Shown here piece after piece: positions 1 through 11,339 of a stretch of DNA of 64,000 bases. The position numbers were made by a program, and so were the translations under genes. The notes beneath the pieces were generated by a model, which was not told where the DNA came from, did not search any database, and saw only the letters and a program-made list of their open reading frames with translations. Position 1 is the first letter of the stretch, and every line of letters begins with the position of its first letter. Source of the stretch: Mesotaenium endlicherianum (lineage: Eukaryota); contig WELA01003606.1 in assembly GCA_009602735.1 (NCBI GenBank), positions 717,602-781,601 on the forward strand, read 5' to 3'.

Positions 1-944
1 CGTCGCCAATGCCATCATTTCTCCAAGATTGGTAGAGTTCTTGAGTGCCACTTCCTTGGCTACAGTTGGCTTGAGTTCCCTCTTGAACTTGTCTATCATC
101 TTTGACTTGTGCATAGATGGGTGTTGAAATACCAGCTTGTTGAAGCGCGATACATACTCTTGAACACTTCCTCGTTGACAAAGGCGCACCAATGGGTCTC
201 GGGCCGTAGCTTCGGGTGCAATAGGTTGAAATTGCCTCATCAAGCTGATTAACAGTAGTAGGAACTCCTAACAGCTGCTCTTCTTGCTCATACCAAGCTC
301 CAGCACTTTTTCTCAATAAAGTGATCACAAAGGCAACTTGCCTGTCCGACGTGAGCGCAAAATCCTCCATAAACTTATTTACTCCAACAATCCATTAGTG
401 AACAGGCAGCGATCCACGCTCTCCAGTGTATACTTCAAGCTTTGGCGCACGCACTTGCGATGCGGGTGGAATAATTGGTTGCACCATTGGTTGAACATGG
501 ATTGGTGTATAGCAAGTGCAGGTGCCAAGCTCGTCGAAGCAACGTTCCTCACAACATTTTGCACCATTCTCTCCACCTTTGCGCGCATATTTTGGTGAAA
601 TTGAGTGTAGAGTTCTCCCCAATTGCAATTGCCATTTGGTTTAGCATCGCCTGCATCTCTGAGTATCGCAAACAAGCACTATACATGAGCATCATCGCGG
701 CCACCTTCATGAGCGATGCGGCGGTATCACGTGGCCCTGCGTGCTTTTCAAAAATTGCAGTAAGGGTGCAGGGTGCGACCGGCATCATGGTGTGCTTGGG
801 TCTGGGCAGCAACCTTTGCGCTGCTTTCCTAAGGGTACTAATTTTGTCGTGCGATGTGGGGCTAGGTGGCTCCGCTAATCGATGCACGCAAAAAATTGTT
901 GCTGACGACAAATGGTATATAGACCAGGTGACACGCTCCTGGAT
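1..944 (-). pseudogene. gag: Decayed Ty3/gypsy gag of an LTR element that runs off the left edge; uses a family-A LTR but a different gag
   Basis: Minus-strand translation gives APKLEVYTGERG..H*WIVGVNKFMEDFALTSDRQVAFVITLLRKSAGAWYE and MRQFQPIAPEATARDPLVRLCQRGSVQEYVSRFNKLVFQ..IDKFKRELKPTVAKEV, collinear with the gag at 42018-43298. Contains stops and frameshifts and lies directly downstream of a PBS. Confidence 0.8.
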
Positions 945-956
945 GCTCCGATACCA
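945..956 (-). promoter_or_regulatory. Primer-binding site (tRNA-iMet type)
   Basis: TGGTATCGGAGC on the minus strand, 1 nt from the LTR end. Confidence 0.9.
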
Positions 957-957
957 C

Positions 958-1452
958 TGTAGTGAAACAGATAGATAAAGTACTTAGTAATACAGAATAC
1001 TTTATCTATTCAAGACAAGGATCTTTGAACACAAGTGGTAGCTTCTTGAAAGAGAGATGGCTTCTTGAAAGTTAATATATTTCTGGATTTTGGCAAGTAC
1101 AAGAGTGATTCTGGAATCCCTTTCTATGTTCTAGCTCTTGTTTATATACTTGCTACATAAGTAATTTCTAGGAAGGTGTATGTTGATGTGTTGGCACCCA
1201 ACACATCCCAAAACTTGCCACCTCTTTCTAGAATAATGTACACATGTCCTTTTGACCTAAAAATGGCACATCTGACTTTTGCCACATGGAGTTCTTCTAG
1301 GTCTTTCCTCTAACTTCGAAAATGCCTTGGAAGGTTCAAAGGACATGAACCAAGTTACCTATTCACACTTGACTCCACACCATACTACTTCAAATATTTT
1401 TGAAAACATTAAAATATATGCAAACTAATGTATAATAACTCAAATCACTACA
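958..1452 (-). repeat. LTR, family A (5' LTR of the left-edge element)
   Basis: TGTAGTGA...TCACTACA termini; near-identical to 37245-37747 and 43336-43838 apart from an 8-bp deletion and scattered substitutions. Confidence 0.95.
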
Positions 1453-3147
1453 TTTCTCCTGCTGGTTGATGACATCAAACTTCTCATGCAACTTCTCGAC
1501 AAACTCTATCCACGTAGGGTCACCGAGTTGCCGAGCCTTACGCTCTCCTTTCCAATAAAGCCACTAGTCTGCGGCACTGCCTTTCAGTAGCGCCCCGGTG
1601 TGCCTGGCCTTCTCGTAATCTTGCAGTTCTGGGTAGTTCTCCAGCCACTGCTCAACATCCGCAAGAAACTTGATCAGGTAATATTTTCTAATTCCCTCAG
1701 GAGCATATTCCTGGGGAGGTTTTGGCTTGGGCTTACTAGGCCCTCTGCCACCACACCAGTGATTTGAGACCCAAGTTGGTCCCTGTCTCGCAGTAAGGAC
1801 ATTATGATTCGTTTGTCCTCTTGTTGAGACTGATACATGGTCGCCATTTGCGACTGCATTTGAACGAACAATGCTCCCAAGTCTTCACTCTGGGGTGGTA
1901 GTCTAGCAAATGCAGCAGCAGCATTGGCATCTACTCGCTGAGTAGGGTCCTCAACAGTCCCTCTCGCTCCTGCAGCAGCAATTCCTGCCACATTCAGGCG
2001 GTCACGTATTTGCNACATTCAGGCGGTCACGTATTTGACCTAGGGGTACACTGAGTTGTACAACAGGAGATGGGTTCAGAACAATAGCCCTAGATGCCAT
2101 AAGTTCTTCAACAGTGCGTTTGTCAGCTCGCTGTCCTTCCCTCCTTTCAGTATCTTCAGCGGCCTTTGCTAATTGTTCAGCTTCTAATCTGGCTCTCTCC
2201 TCCTCAACTTGCTGTGCTGCGACTGCGGCAATAGCAGCTGCCTCATCTGCAGTCTCTCTAGCTGCAGTATGTGCCACTGCTTCAGAATAGGTACGGGTTC
2301 CCGCTACATGGCTTTCCGCCTGGTTTTCGACATTCTCGTTATCCTGGTTCTCCATGTCTTGGGAGTTGCTAGTTTGAGACCTTGTCCTTACCATACAAAG
2401 AAGACTGTGATAACTGCTCCGATACCACTGAAATGGATCGACTTACCAAATAGGCGATTAACAATTAATAAAGATCTTTATATCAGCAAGTAATCTTTAT
2501 GGTATGTTCCGTTCACTGGTTAAACGGCATAAGACAACACACTAGCAGTGAATAATACTCGTAAGTCAAATGCGAGTAATCTAGCATCAAAAAAATGCAG
2601 ACAGTAAACTCATACATAAGCAAGGTTAGAAGACAGTGCGTATCAATGGCTTCTCCCTTTGGATTTAGGTCTCTCTTAGTACGCTGTACAAGAGAGTTGG
2701 CCTCGTTTCCGAATGCCGAACTCGAGAGCAATCCTAGCATATGTCCATGGAATGAGTTTACTGTTCAACGGCCAGTGCGATGGCACCGCCTACCCAGGAG
2801 CTAACCACGTTGGTAGGACCTCGGTTAACCAAATCCACCGCCATCTCCCATCATCCCGAATCGCCATCCATCATAGGGATATCATCTGGCCATTCATCTA
2901 GCATACCACACTTAGATGCATATTTAGGCAGTTCGCTGCTACCGAGTACGGAAGTCAGCTGGCTGTCAAAGAATGTGTCAGCAGGCTGACTTACGTTGAC
3001 TTTAGCCTGCTGCTTCCGGCTGAGTCATTAAACTGATATTTAATAAAGTCCAGCAGACTGATTATTAACTAGAGTTTAACAGGCTGAACTTATTTAACTA
3101 TTATATTCAAATGAATATTATATCTACCAATATACTGATTCATTTCA
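1453..3147 (-). mobile_element. 5' part of LTR retrotransposon family B (copy B1): LTR 2429-3147, PBS 2416-2427, gag from 2394, interrupted at 1452/1453 by the A-LTR element
   Basis: Reverse complement matches 50564-~52230; LTR termini TGAAATG...CATTTCA; PBS TGGTATCGGAGC; gag begins MVRTRSQ. Confidence 0.9.
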
Positions 3148-3148
3148 G

Positions 3149-3560
3149 TATAGCCCGTACATATACATATGTATCTACTCTTACAAATTACGCCTTTATG
3201 CAACGCAATAGTGCCACATGTAGCTCATATATATACATGTATGTATATACTCAAATAAATATTATAATATTGCAAGGCATCAAGGCATGTAATATTTTAT
3301 AACATACAAAAGTGTATCTTACTATGCTTGCATGCAATAATATGACTTGTTAACCTAATATGTACTAATACACAAATGTATATTATTGTAGGTTACACAC
3401 TGATGCAAATATTGAGCTATAATGCATATAAGCATATACATCTCCGCGCTCTTTGTCACTTGCTAAATGACAAACCAATATATGGTGCACCCTTAATGTA
3501 CCATATACTTTTGCAATCAAGGATTACCAAAACTGTAACAATATTTAGCAACTTAATAAG
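3149..3560. repeat. AT-rich dispersed repeat, inverted homolog of ~34860-35270
   Basis: Shared collinear blocks such as TATAGCCCGTA, CTTACTATGCTT, AATGACAAACCAA and GTAACAATATTTAG, matched by eye. Confidence 0.75.
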
Positions 3561-3631
3561 AGCCAATTTTGCGGATCGTTACATGAGGGGTAAGGCCACG
3601 TTGCACCTAGGTCAAATTCATTGATGGGGAG

Positions 3632-6128
3632 TGTAGGATCAATACTTGCCACAGGCTTTCTAGTGGCGTGCAATACTCCTTTGTATTCGCCACGTATTTA
3701 TGTATCCAATCGTACGCACCCAACCAATAGCGTGCTACTTGCTTAATTTGTGCTTAGCTAGCAAGAGATTACTTCGGAGAGAGCCATAGAGAGCAAGTCC
3801 AGGCGCCCCTCATTAGAGTCTGATTGAAAGGGGCAGAGTGCCCTATTGGAAGCGTAGTGACTCACGAGGAACAAAACTAGTCGCAATCATACTCTAAAGT
3901 GCAGCGGCATATCACTAAGACAGCTTTGGAGAATAACTCAGCATTTTGAGTAGCAAGAAAGTGCTCACAAATGAAATAGGATGAGAGGTGTTGTCATTAC
4001 AAACTCGTAGAAATTTACAGAATTGAAAACTGATACAAAACGAAGAAGTTAAGCCTGTTTATAATTTTCTACGACGACCGCTCGCCCCTAGGAGAGAGGG
4101 CCGCTTGGCAACGAAATTTCTGAGTGTTTGTCAAATTGTCCTTTCCAAAATATTTGTGAGTAGGCCAGATCAGCCTCATGCGACGTGTTGGGCCGATTTG
4201 ACGTCCACATGCACGCATTGAAATATCTAGAATATACTAACTTAGGCGCGCTAGGCTAAATTGAAACTTCTATATAAATCGACCTGGTCGGCACTCCGCG
4301 TCAGCCGAAATTACGTGAAGGTCCAATTTCACTTTATCGGCCCAGATCGCTCGATGCTCTCGGTCAATTCGACGGTCGCGCTCACCGCGAATTAAGAACA
4401 GTTGTCGACCAACCTTAAAACTATGTCGTGCATTATGAGGTCGGGTGCGTCACATAGACATAAGAATCACATCATAAGCAAGCAGGCTTTGCTGCAATAA
4501 AATCTATAATACAGGTGGCTTTATAGCCAAAAAGGGGAGTCAAGTCTCAAATGTTTTAATCAAGGAGTGTGTAATCTCCAGAGTGTGCACCTCAAGACTG
4601 TAATCTGGTAGGAAAACAACTAATGAAGTATGGCCTACAAGATCACTGGAAGCACATCATGATCTTCAAGAGTAGTCCCATGCAAGTGTTTAAGCTGTGA
4701 CTTTGCTCACCACTTTTGAACTTCTTCTAAAGACTGGAAGCCAGGAGGGCTTGCTCTTCACAAGAGAATAACTAAGTGGTCCTGAAAACACAAGAGATGA
4801 AAGTGTAAGCTTTACTGATAATCTTTGTTACTTACAACTGGCATAATGGGACTTCTAAAAACATGTTCCTCTAGAGACATCTCTAGTACTTATACCCCTG
4901 AAAACCCGGCGTCGTATGCGGTGGATCCAATGCATGTAGTCACTCTAGGAGGCTCTCCTGTGTCCACTAATGTGTACAAGGCATGTACTAGCACTCCTAT
5001 AGGCTAAACATAACTCAAACCAATCAAAGCAACGCACATATAATAAGCTACGTGTCTCTCATTGGTGGAGCTTACCTTGGGTAATTTTGCCTAGATAGCG
5101 CCTCAAAAGTGAATCTGGAACTTGAGGAAGCTTCCTCTAGGAGTAGGTGATGCAGTCACCAAGTTATAGCCTCAATGATGCACTTATACTATGGAAATGC
5201 AGGACTCATGTAGGCTAAGTGGCTCGCGGATTTGTGCGCACTAAGCTAAGGGTCCTTGGGGTCACAAATGGTCAACAATGTCACCTTTGGGTACATTGAG
5301 TCACAATTTGGCCATTCGTGTGTTTCCGCTAGAAGCCAAAAGGGGTGCGGACTAAATCCCAACTATCTTGCTCGATACTTGACCAAACGACGCGAAACCG
5401 GTGCCATCCGGAAGATGCTTCGACACGCTACACTTTGGCGACTTGGAAATCTAGAAAAGGTCAACATATGTATGCATATAGTAAATTCAAGTTCAGCCTT
5501 CCTAGGTTGATGTTTCACACATGTGGAGCTCGGTTTGGTATGGCAATCCCGACTCAAGAAATCATGACAACTAATAAAACTTCTGAAATTCATGACTTTC
5601 TCAATACTTAACCGAATTCGACAAATCTTACATCAAAATGACCACAAAAATGCACTCTACAACCCTAGAACCTTACATTGATTGTTATATTTATAGGATG
5701 ATCCAAGGCTGAGCCCAATACTTGGATTTGTATGTCTGCAGTTGCTTAATGAAAACAACTCCTTTACTTCTTGATTTCCAATGCGTCCTAAGTCAAGTAA
5801 GAATAGAACTAACCTAGCGAGCTTCCAAAATCCAAGACTCCGCTTGTCTCCCCTTTCTCTACTCACTCCGATCCATCTTGTATTTCGTCTTAACTCGCTT
5901 CCCAAGCACCATCCCAGCCATCACGATCAACACCACCTTCTCTACGCATGAAGACGCTTCTTAGCATTTCTAGCCCCAACCCAAGGCCTTCTTTATAGTC
6001 GGCCCTTAAGGCTGATCCCTCATAGGCTACCTCTTTCTCTTTTTCTTAGTATAGAAATACAAATACAATTACTTACCATTTTTTCATTTTGCTTGCTTGA
6101 TTCCAGGAAAGGCATTGGGCTTTTTACA
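3632..6128. mobile_element. Possible old large-LTR remnant
   Basis: TG...CA bounded (TGTAGG / TTTTTACA); non-coding; carries an AAATTCAT(G/A)ACTTTCTCAATACTT motif also present in family C LTRs; no TSD found. Confidence 0.3.
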
Positions 6129-9026
6129 CATTTAGCGCTAGGGGGTTTTTTAACTGCCACACAGATACATGCTCCTAGCATGCGTGTCACCCACATCTCT
6201 AGCCTACGACAATCTGCGATACGACATGATTGTAATGCTTGAGATCACTTCATAATGTTGGCCACTCACTGACTAGCTCAAGCTTACTTGATACTAACAG
6301 CTAGAGTATTTGATTTACAACTTCATTCACATCTCTCTTAACCATAACAGTAGAAAACTACAATGTGAAAAATAGATTCACTTGGCATGCGATACATATT
6401 GAGAATTTTTAATAAACTTAGCACATGCAACAGGGTCATATGCGTAACATTGTTCATCAACCTTCCCAATTTTAGAATCAAATTAGTTCTTACAATTTTG
6501 TTTAATATGCATACAAGAGATCATTAAACAATGGCTACATGTAAAATGCACAAATGTCACACTTGGTTTACAATCCTTAACATTAATATTCTACAACACA
6601 ATTCTAATTTGGCAAAACTTAATTCATATGTAAAGAAAAATCTCAAAATGCTATATAAAGCCAACAATATTGTTGTACTTTGATGAAACAAATATTACTA
6701 TCTAGGTTAGAAGGCCAAGACAAAGTAGGCCAAGTTTCTCACCTTGTTTCAATATTCCTCACTTGAAAGATGTGGTTGTCATCATGTTATAAATGTGCAG
6801 CAGCACATTTGCTACATGCGATGGTCTTATTGACACTATTTGTGGCACTACACTTGAATTTGTCCACAACGACTAATGACGCACTTTTCTTTTGTTGTTA
6901 TTGCCCAATCCAAATGCGCGTGGGGATCTTTAATTGCGCACAATCTATTTCTTACATGGTTTCAGTGTACATTACTCAAGATATGTTAAGAAGTTGCAAC
7001 CATTTGAATTGAACTAGGACCCACTGTGCAAATGGTTGCATGTTGATTGCCAACACGCTCATGTTAAATGGACGGTGCACGAGTGGCTGGGATGGACACG
7101 AATGGGCACATCTTAAAATTACCTGTGAGTTACACTCACAAGCAGGCCCTAGGATTTGACAAAATCCTTGGATTTCGGCTACACCTTGACAAGGAATATA
7201 TGGATTTCAGCCAACACCCGACTCAAAATGAAGGATTTTGAGAGGCACCCTCGTGCCGGGTAAAAACATCCAAAATTTAATTTTACACTATAATAAATTA
7301 GGTACAATTGTAAGGATTGCAAAGGTCGGCAAAGGTCTTAGATAGACTTGTTTGATAACATGGGCATTGGTCTTCTAACTCACGAGTGTCAAAATTATTG
7401 GAAGGTCTTTGATATTTCCTCAACATCACTATTAATACTTTTTTGATGTAACTTAAATCTTCTGACATTCATTTTGACTACAAACCGTAACATTTGCAAC
7501 AATTTCTTAGGTAATAAGTACGGACAAGAAGATGGTAAATGAGACACAAAGAGTACAAACCAAGTACATGGTATTGCCATACAAGAACAACAAAATATTA
7601 CAGTGAAGGAAGAATGCATAATTGGATTGCTAAAAATGACTGCCTACAAAGTGACAATTATACATGTGACGAATAATGGAGGAGGCTAGTAGTGAATATT
7701 TCAAGTATATTTAAGCAGGGTTACGCCGTACGCTTGTACGCTTAGTTTGACTAATACGCTAGTTCGCTTAGATCGGTGTTCAAAAAAATGGACTAGTTCG
7801 CTTAATACACTTAGTACGCTAACGTCACGACAGTGTCAACGTCCAGTAGCTACGCCGTCGAGGTTTCATGTCGGTCGCACGTGTAAAAGAACCACGTCGT
7901 GTCAGATTGTTTATTTCGTTCAAAATGGCAAGGTAATTTTTTCAGGCGATTTTGGACTTATCTCTGCCCGCTTTGTAGCTACAAGTTGCAAAAATTGTTT
8001 GTTACTTCGTCTATTGCAGGACGTCGGCAAGCGGGTTTGAACACCCGCCACCAGGTACAAGGATAGGACAATACCCAACGTGCCATGCACGTTTCTCTGA
8101 CGTATACCTGTCGCGGTTGGTTATGAAGCTTATAAGTCAGATATGTTGCAGAAATGAATGGTGGAAAACAATTTCAAAAAACTTTAACTGCTGTTGGCTT
8201 CGAGCGCCAGCCGACGATCTTGAACCCCCGCCACTGGCTGTAGAAAGCGACGCCTTTACAATGTTTCACATTATGCAATGTACGTCGAAAGGCTTTTGCG
8301 TTTGTCTCATACGTTTTGTTTTATTTTACTGCTTTCCATGTACAATCCGACGACATCAATCATGCCAAAGCTGAGAGGGCCGCTTAGCAGAGCTGTTTTT
8401 TGTACTTCCTAACTTATTCCTTAGTTGAATTAGGACATTTAAGAGTTTCATTACTTCTTAATCGAGTAGAAGAAGCTTCAATGAAGAGGTAAGATCTGAT
8501 TCAATCTCTTAGCAAGCCTGTGTAAGAACTTCGACTTAGAATTATTTTCATACGCACTAACATTGGGAGAACCGCTTAGCAGAGCATGGTTTTTTGTACT
8601 TTTTAACTAGCTAATTGATTCAACAAAAAGACTTAGGAGTATCATTACTTCTTAAACGAGTAAAATAAGCTTTTACAAAGACAAACATGATTTAAACTCT
8701 TAGCAAGCATGCATGAGAGGTTAGAGGTAATCCATATCATGTAAATCATTCACAAAGTGCAACATTGCATGAAGTCATAATGCACCAAATATTCATTGCA
8801 AATGTATTCATTTTCTCAACTTCCATTCTCTTTAATATGTACATGCTACCTTTAGAACATGCAAGTTAGCTGACCGACACATCTAGTAACCAATTGCTCT
8901 AGGCCTTCTTCTTCCTAGAGCTGAAACACTAGGTCGCTCCTCCACCTCCTCTTCCTCTACCTCCTCTTCCTCTACCTCCATCTCCTCTTCCTCACTCAAC
9001 GAGGCATGCATGGCAAGATTGAGACC

Positions 9027-11252
9027 CTACTCTTCGGGTGTCTCTAAGAACTCCGCTTCTTCAACCCATGGAGTGACGCCGACACTTGGTCCAAGGAAGT
9101 CCAAACTCTTCTCCTGAAGTCTCAACATAGAATGCACGTACACTAACTTCTTTGCTCTAGTAGGGAGCAGCCTATTGCGAAGTGGACCATGAACAAACCC
9201 GTACTTATACCAATTTCTCTCACATGCAGCTGCTGAACCAAGTTGCGGCAATATTCTCATAGCAAGAAGTTGAAGATTAGAACAATGACTTCCATACGTT
9301 TCCCACCATTTGTGAGCAAGCATCATGGTCTTATTAGCCTTGCAAACATCATCGCCAAAAATGTCACCGCTTTGCCGGTAGAGCGCCAACTCTCAATCCA
9401 CCAACGCTCGGTCAAGCACACTTCCTCCGACAAGGGTATTCCGCATGTTGGACCAATCAGTTAGTAGACACTTCTCAATTGCCTAAGACTCATGGTCTTG
9501 GAACTCGGGGTCCAGATAGTAGCCTGTAGTCAAACAAAGTCAAGAAATAAAATTAGTGTATGAGAACACAATGCACTTCACAAAAATGAGAGCTATAACA
9601 ATAGCAAGCACAATAACAAGAACAATGACCAACACACAGTAACAAGCATGCAAGAGAACAACAGCCGCCGAGCAAGAAAGGTGAGCAACGTCAAAATAGA
9701 CTTTTACCCGCAGCATGTAGGGGGCTGTGAAGCTGGTCCCAATGAGCCTTTACGTCCTTCTTAACTTGGGTTCTTTGTGCCGCTTTGAATCCTTCAACCT
9801 CAAGCACATGCTCATTAATGGCACTCATGCGAGCGCAGATCTTCCCAAGAGAAGGTTGTGGAGAGTCGACTAGTCGAAGGAGAACTACAATCGGCTCACA
9901 CACGTCTACCCATACCTTCACTCGCTCCCAAAGTTCATCGTCACGAATTAGGTCTCTAATGTTTGTAGCCTCGCCTACACAACCGTTCATGGCCGCCCGA
10001 GTAAGCCACCTACTGTCAGACACCATAGCTTGTAAGGTATTCCTCACAACGATGAGTCTTTGCAAGCATAGGAAGTTACTAGCAAACCTTGTGGGTCCTG
10101 GCTTCAACAACTCTAGTTTATTCTTTAGCCTTGCCCCATGATCACGGTAAAGAGCGTGAGGCATGTGGTGGTTTGCAACAAACTGGACCAAGTGCTTGAA
10201 GCTATCAATTATGCCCTCTAGCTCTTTATCTTTCCTAGGTCTTTCAACAGCAGGTCCAAAATATGAGCAGCACAAGGCGTCCAATATATGTGCGGGTGCT
10301 TCTTGCGAACCACATTACAACCAGCTACAATGGTAGCTGCAGAGTCTGTGCAAAGCTGTACGACATGATCAGCCCCTACCTTCTCCACGGCCTCAAGCAG
10401 GTGATTACCAATGTAATCACCCGTCTTCCTAGCACCCTCAGTATTGTTAGAATCCATAAACATTTGAGTGCCTCCCACAACCATAAGCACGTTAAGAAGA
10501 GGATGCCCGCATGGATTGGTCCACCCATCTGCTACAATGCTACAACCCGTCAATGGTAGTCCTTATTTCTGTTTCTCCTCCCAAGCTTCTATCTTCAAGA
10601 CCTCTTTATCTAGTAGGGCACTTCCAAGAGGCTTATCCTTCATAGGGACATACACTAAACCAGTTTCTAGAGTGTACTTACTGACAGCAACCAACATGTC
10701 CCGAAAGAACTCACTGCAAGCAACATTGAATGATGAACTAGTACCATAGAAGAAGCGAGCAACAATCTCGTGGACATTCTCAGCACTCATCTTTTGGAAC
10801 ATGTCACTTAGAGAGGTCTGCCCTGTCTCCCTACCTAAGGAGGGGGACCTCCCAGCACTTGCACATGCTGAGCCACTAGCACCAATACCCCATTCATGCA
10901 CACGCTTTTGTGCAGCTTGTATGGTACTCTTCCTACGTCGCGTTCCCAATAGAGAACTAGCCATACCCTTGCTACGGCTAATTATGAGATCTAGAACTTC
11001 ATCGGGAACCGCCTCACACTGACTAACATCCTTACAGCCTCCCGTGAAATGGCAACGAATCCGCGTGACTCCACCGGTAAACTCCCTGGGGCAGTAGTTG
11101 CACTTCACCTTTGGATGTGAATTCCTTGACTTGGCTTCCACAATGATGGTCACATGGCCCCACTTTGGACTAGACCTTGCAGCAACTGCTCTAAGGGGCA
11201 GACGAGCGGTCAAAGAAAGCGTTGCTCCGGACGAAGTGGATGGTTGGGACAT
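9027..11252 (-). pseudogene. hAT transposase pseudogene (BED finger, DUF659/RNase H-like core, C-terminal dimerisation domain)
   Basis: W-x-H...KCNYC...RIRCHF; SIVADGWT; VVQLCTDSA; WTPCAAHILDL; TRFAS; WWETYG...ACERNW...RNRL...KLVYVH. In-frame TAA at 10563-10565, frameshift near 10225, GT-AG intron 9524-9707 (LHAAG/YYLDP), and a further stop near 9484. Confidence 0.92.
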
Positions 11253-11339
11253 GATACGCGTGAAACCTGCAATAACGGAGAACAGCAACCAGTAAGAGAC
11301 AAAAGAATATGCCAGTCAAACAAGCAAAAGAGCAACAAT

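Noticed and set aside
1990..2037. 23-bp direct duplication in B1 gag
   Set aside because: It is centred on a single N (2014) and absent from B2; a contig-overlap artefact
8940..8995. CCT-rich microsatellite as an independent feature
   Set aside because: It reads as Glu-rich codons on the minus strand just past the transposase stop, probably its former acidic tail
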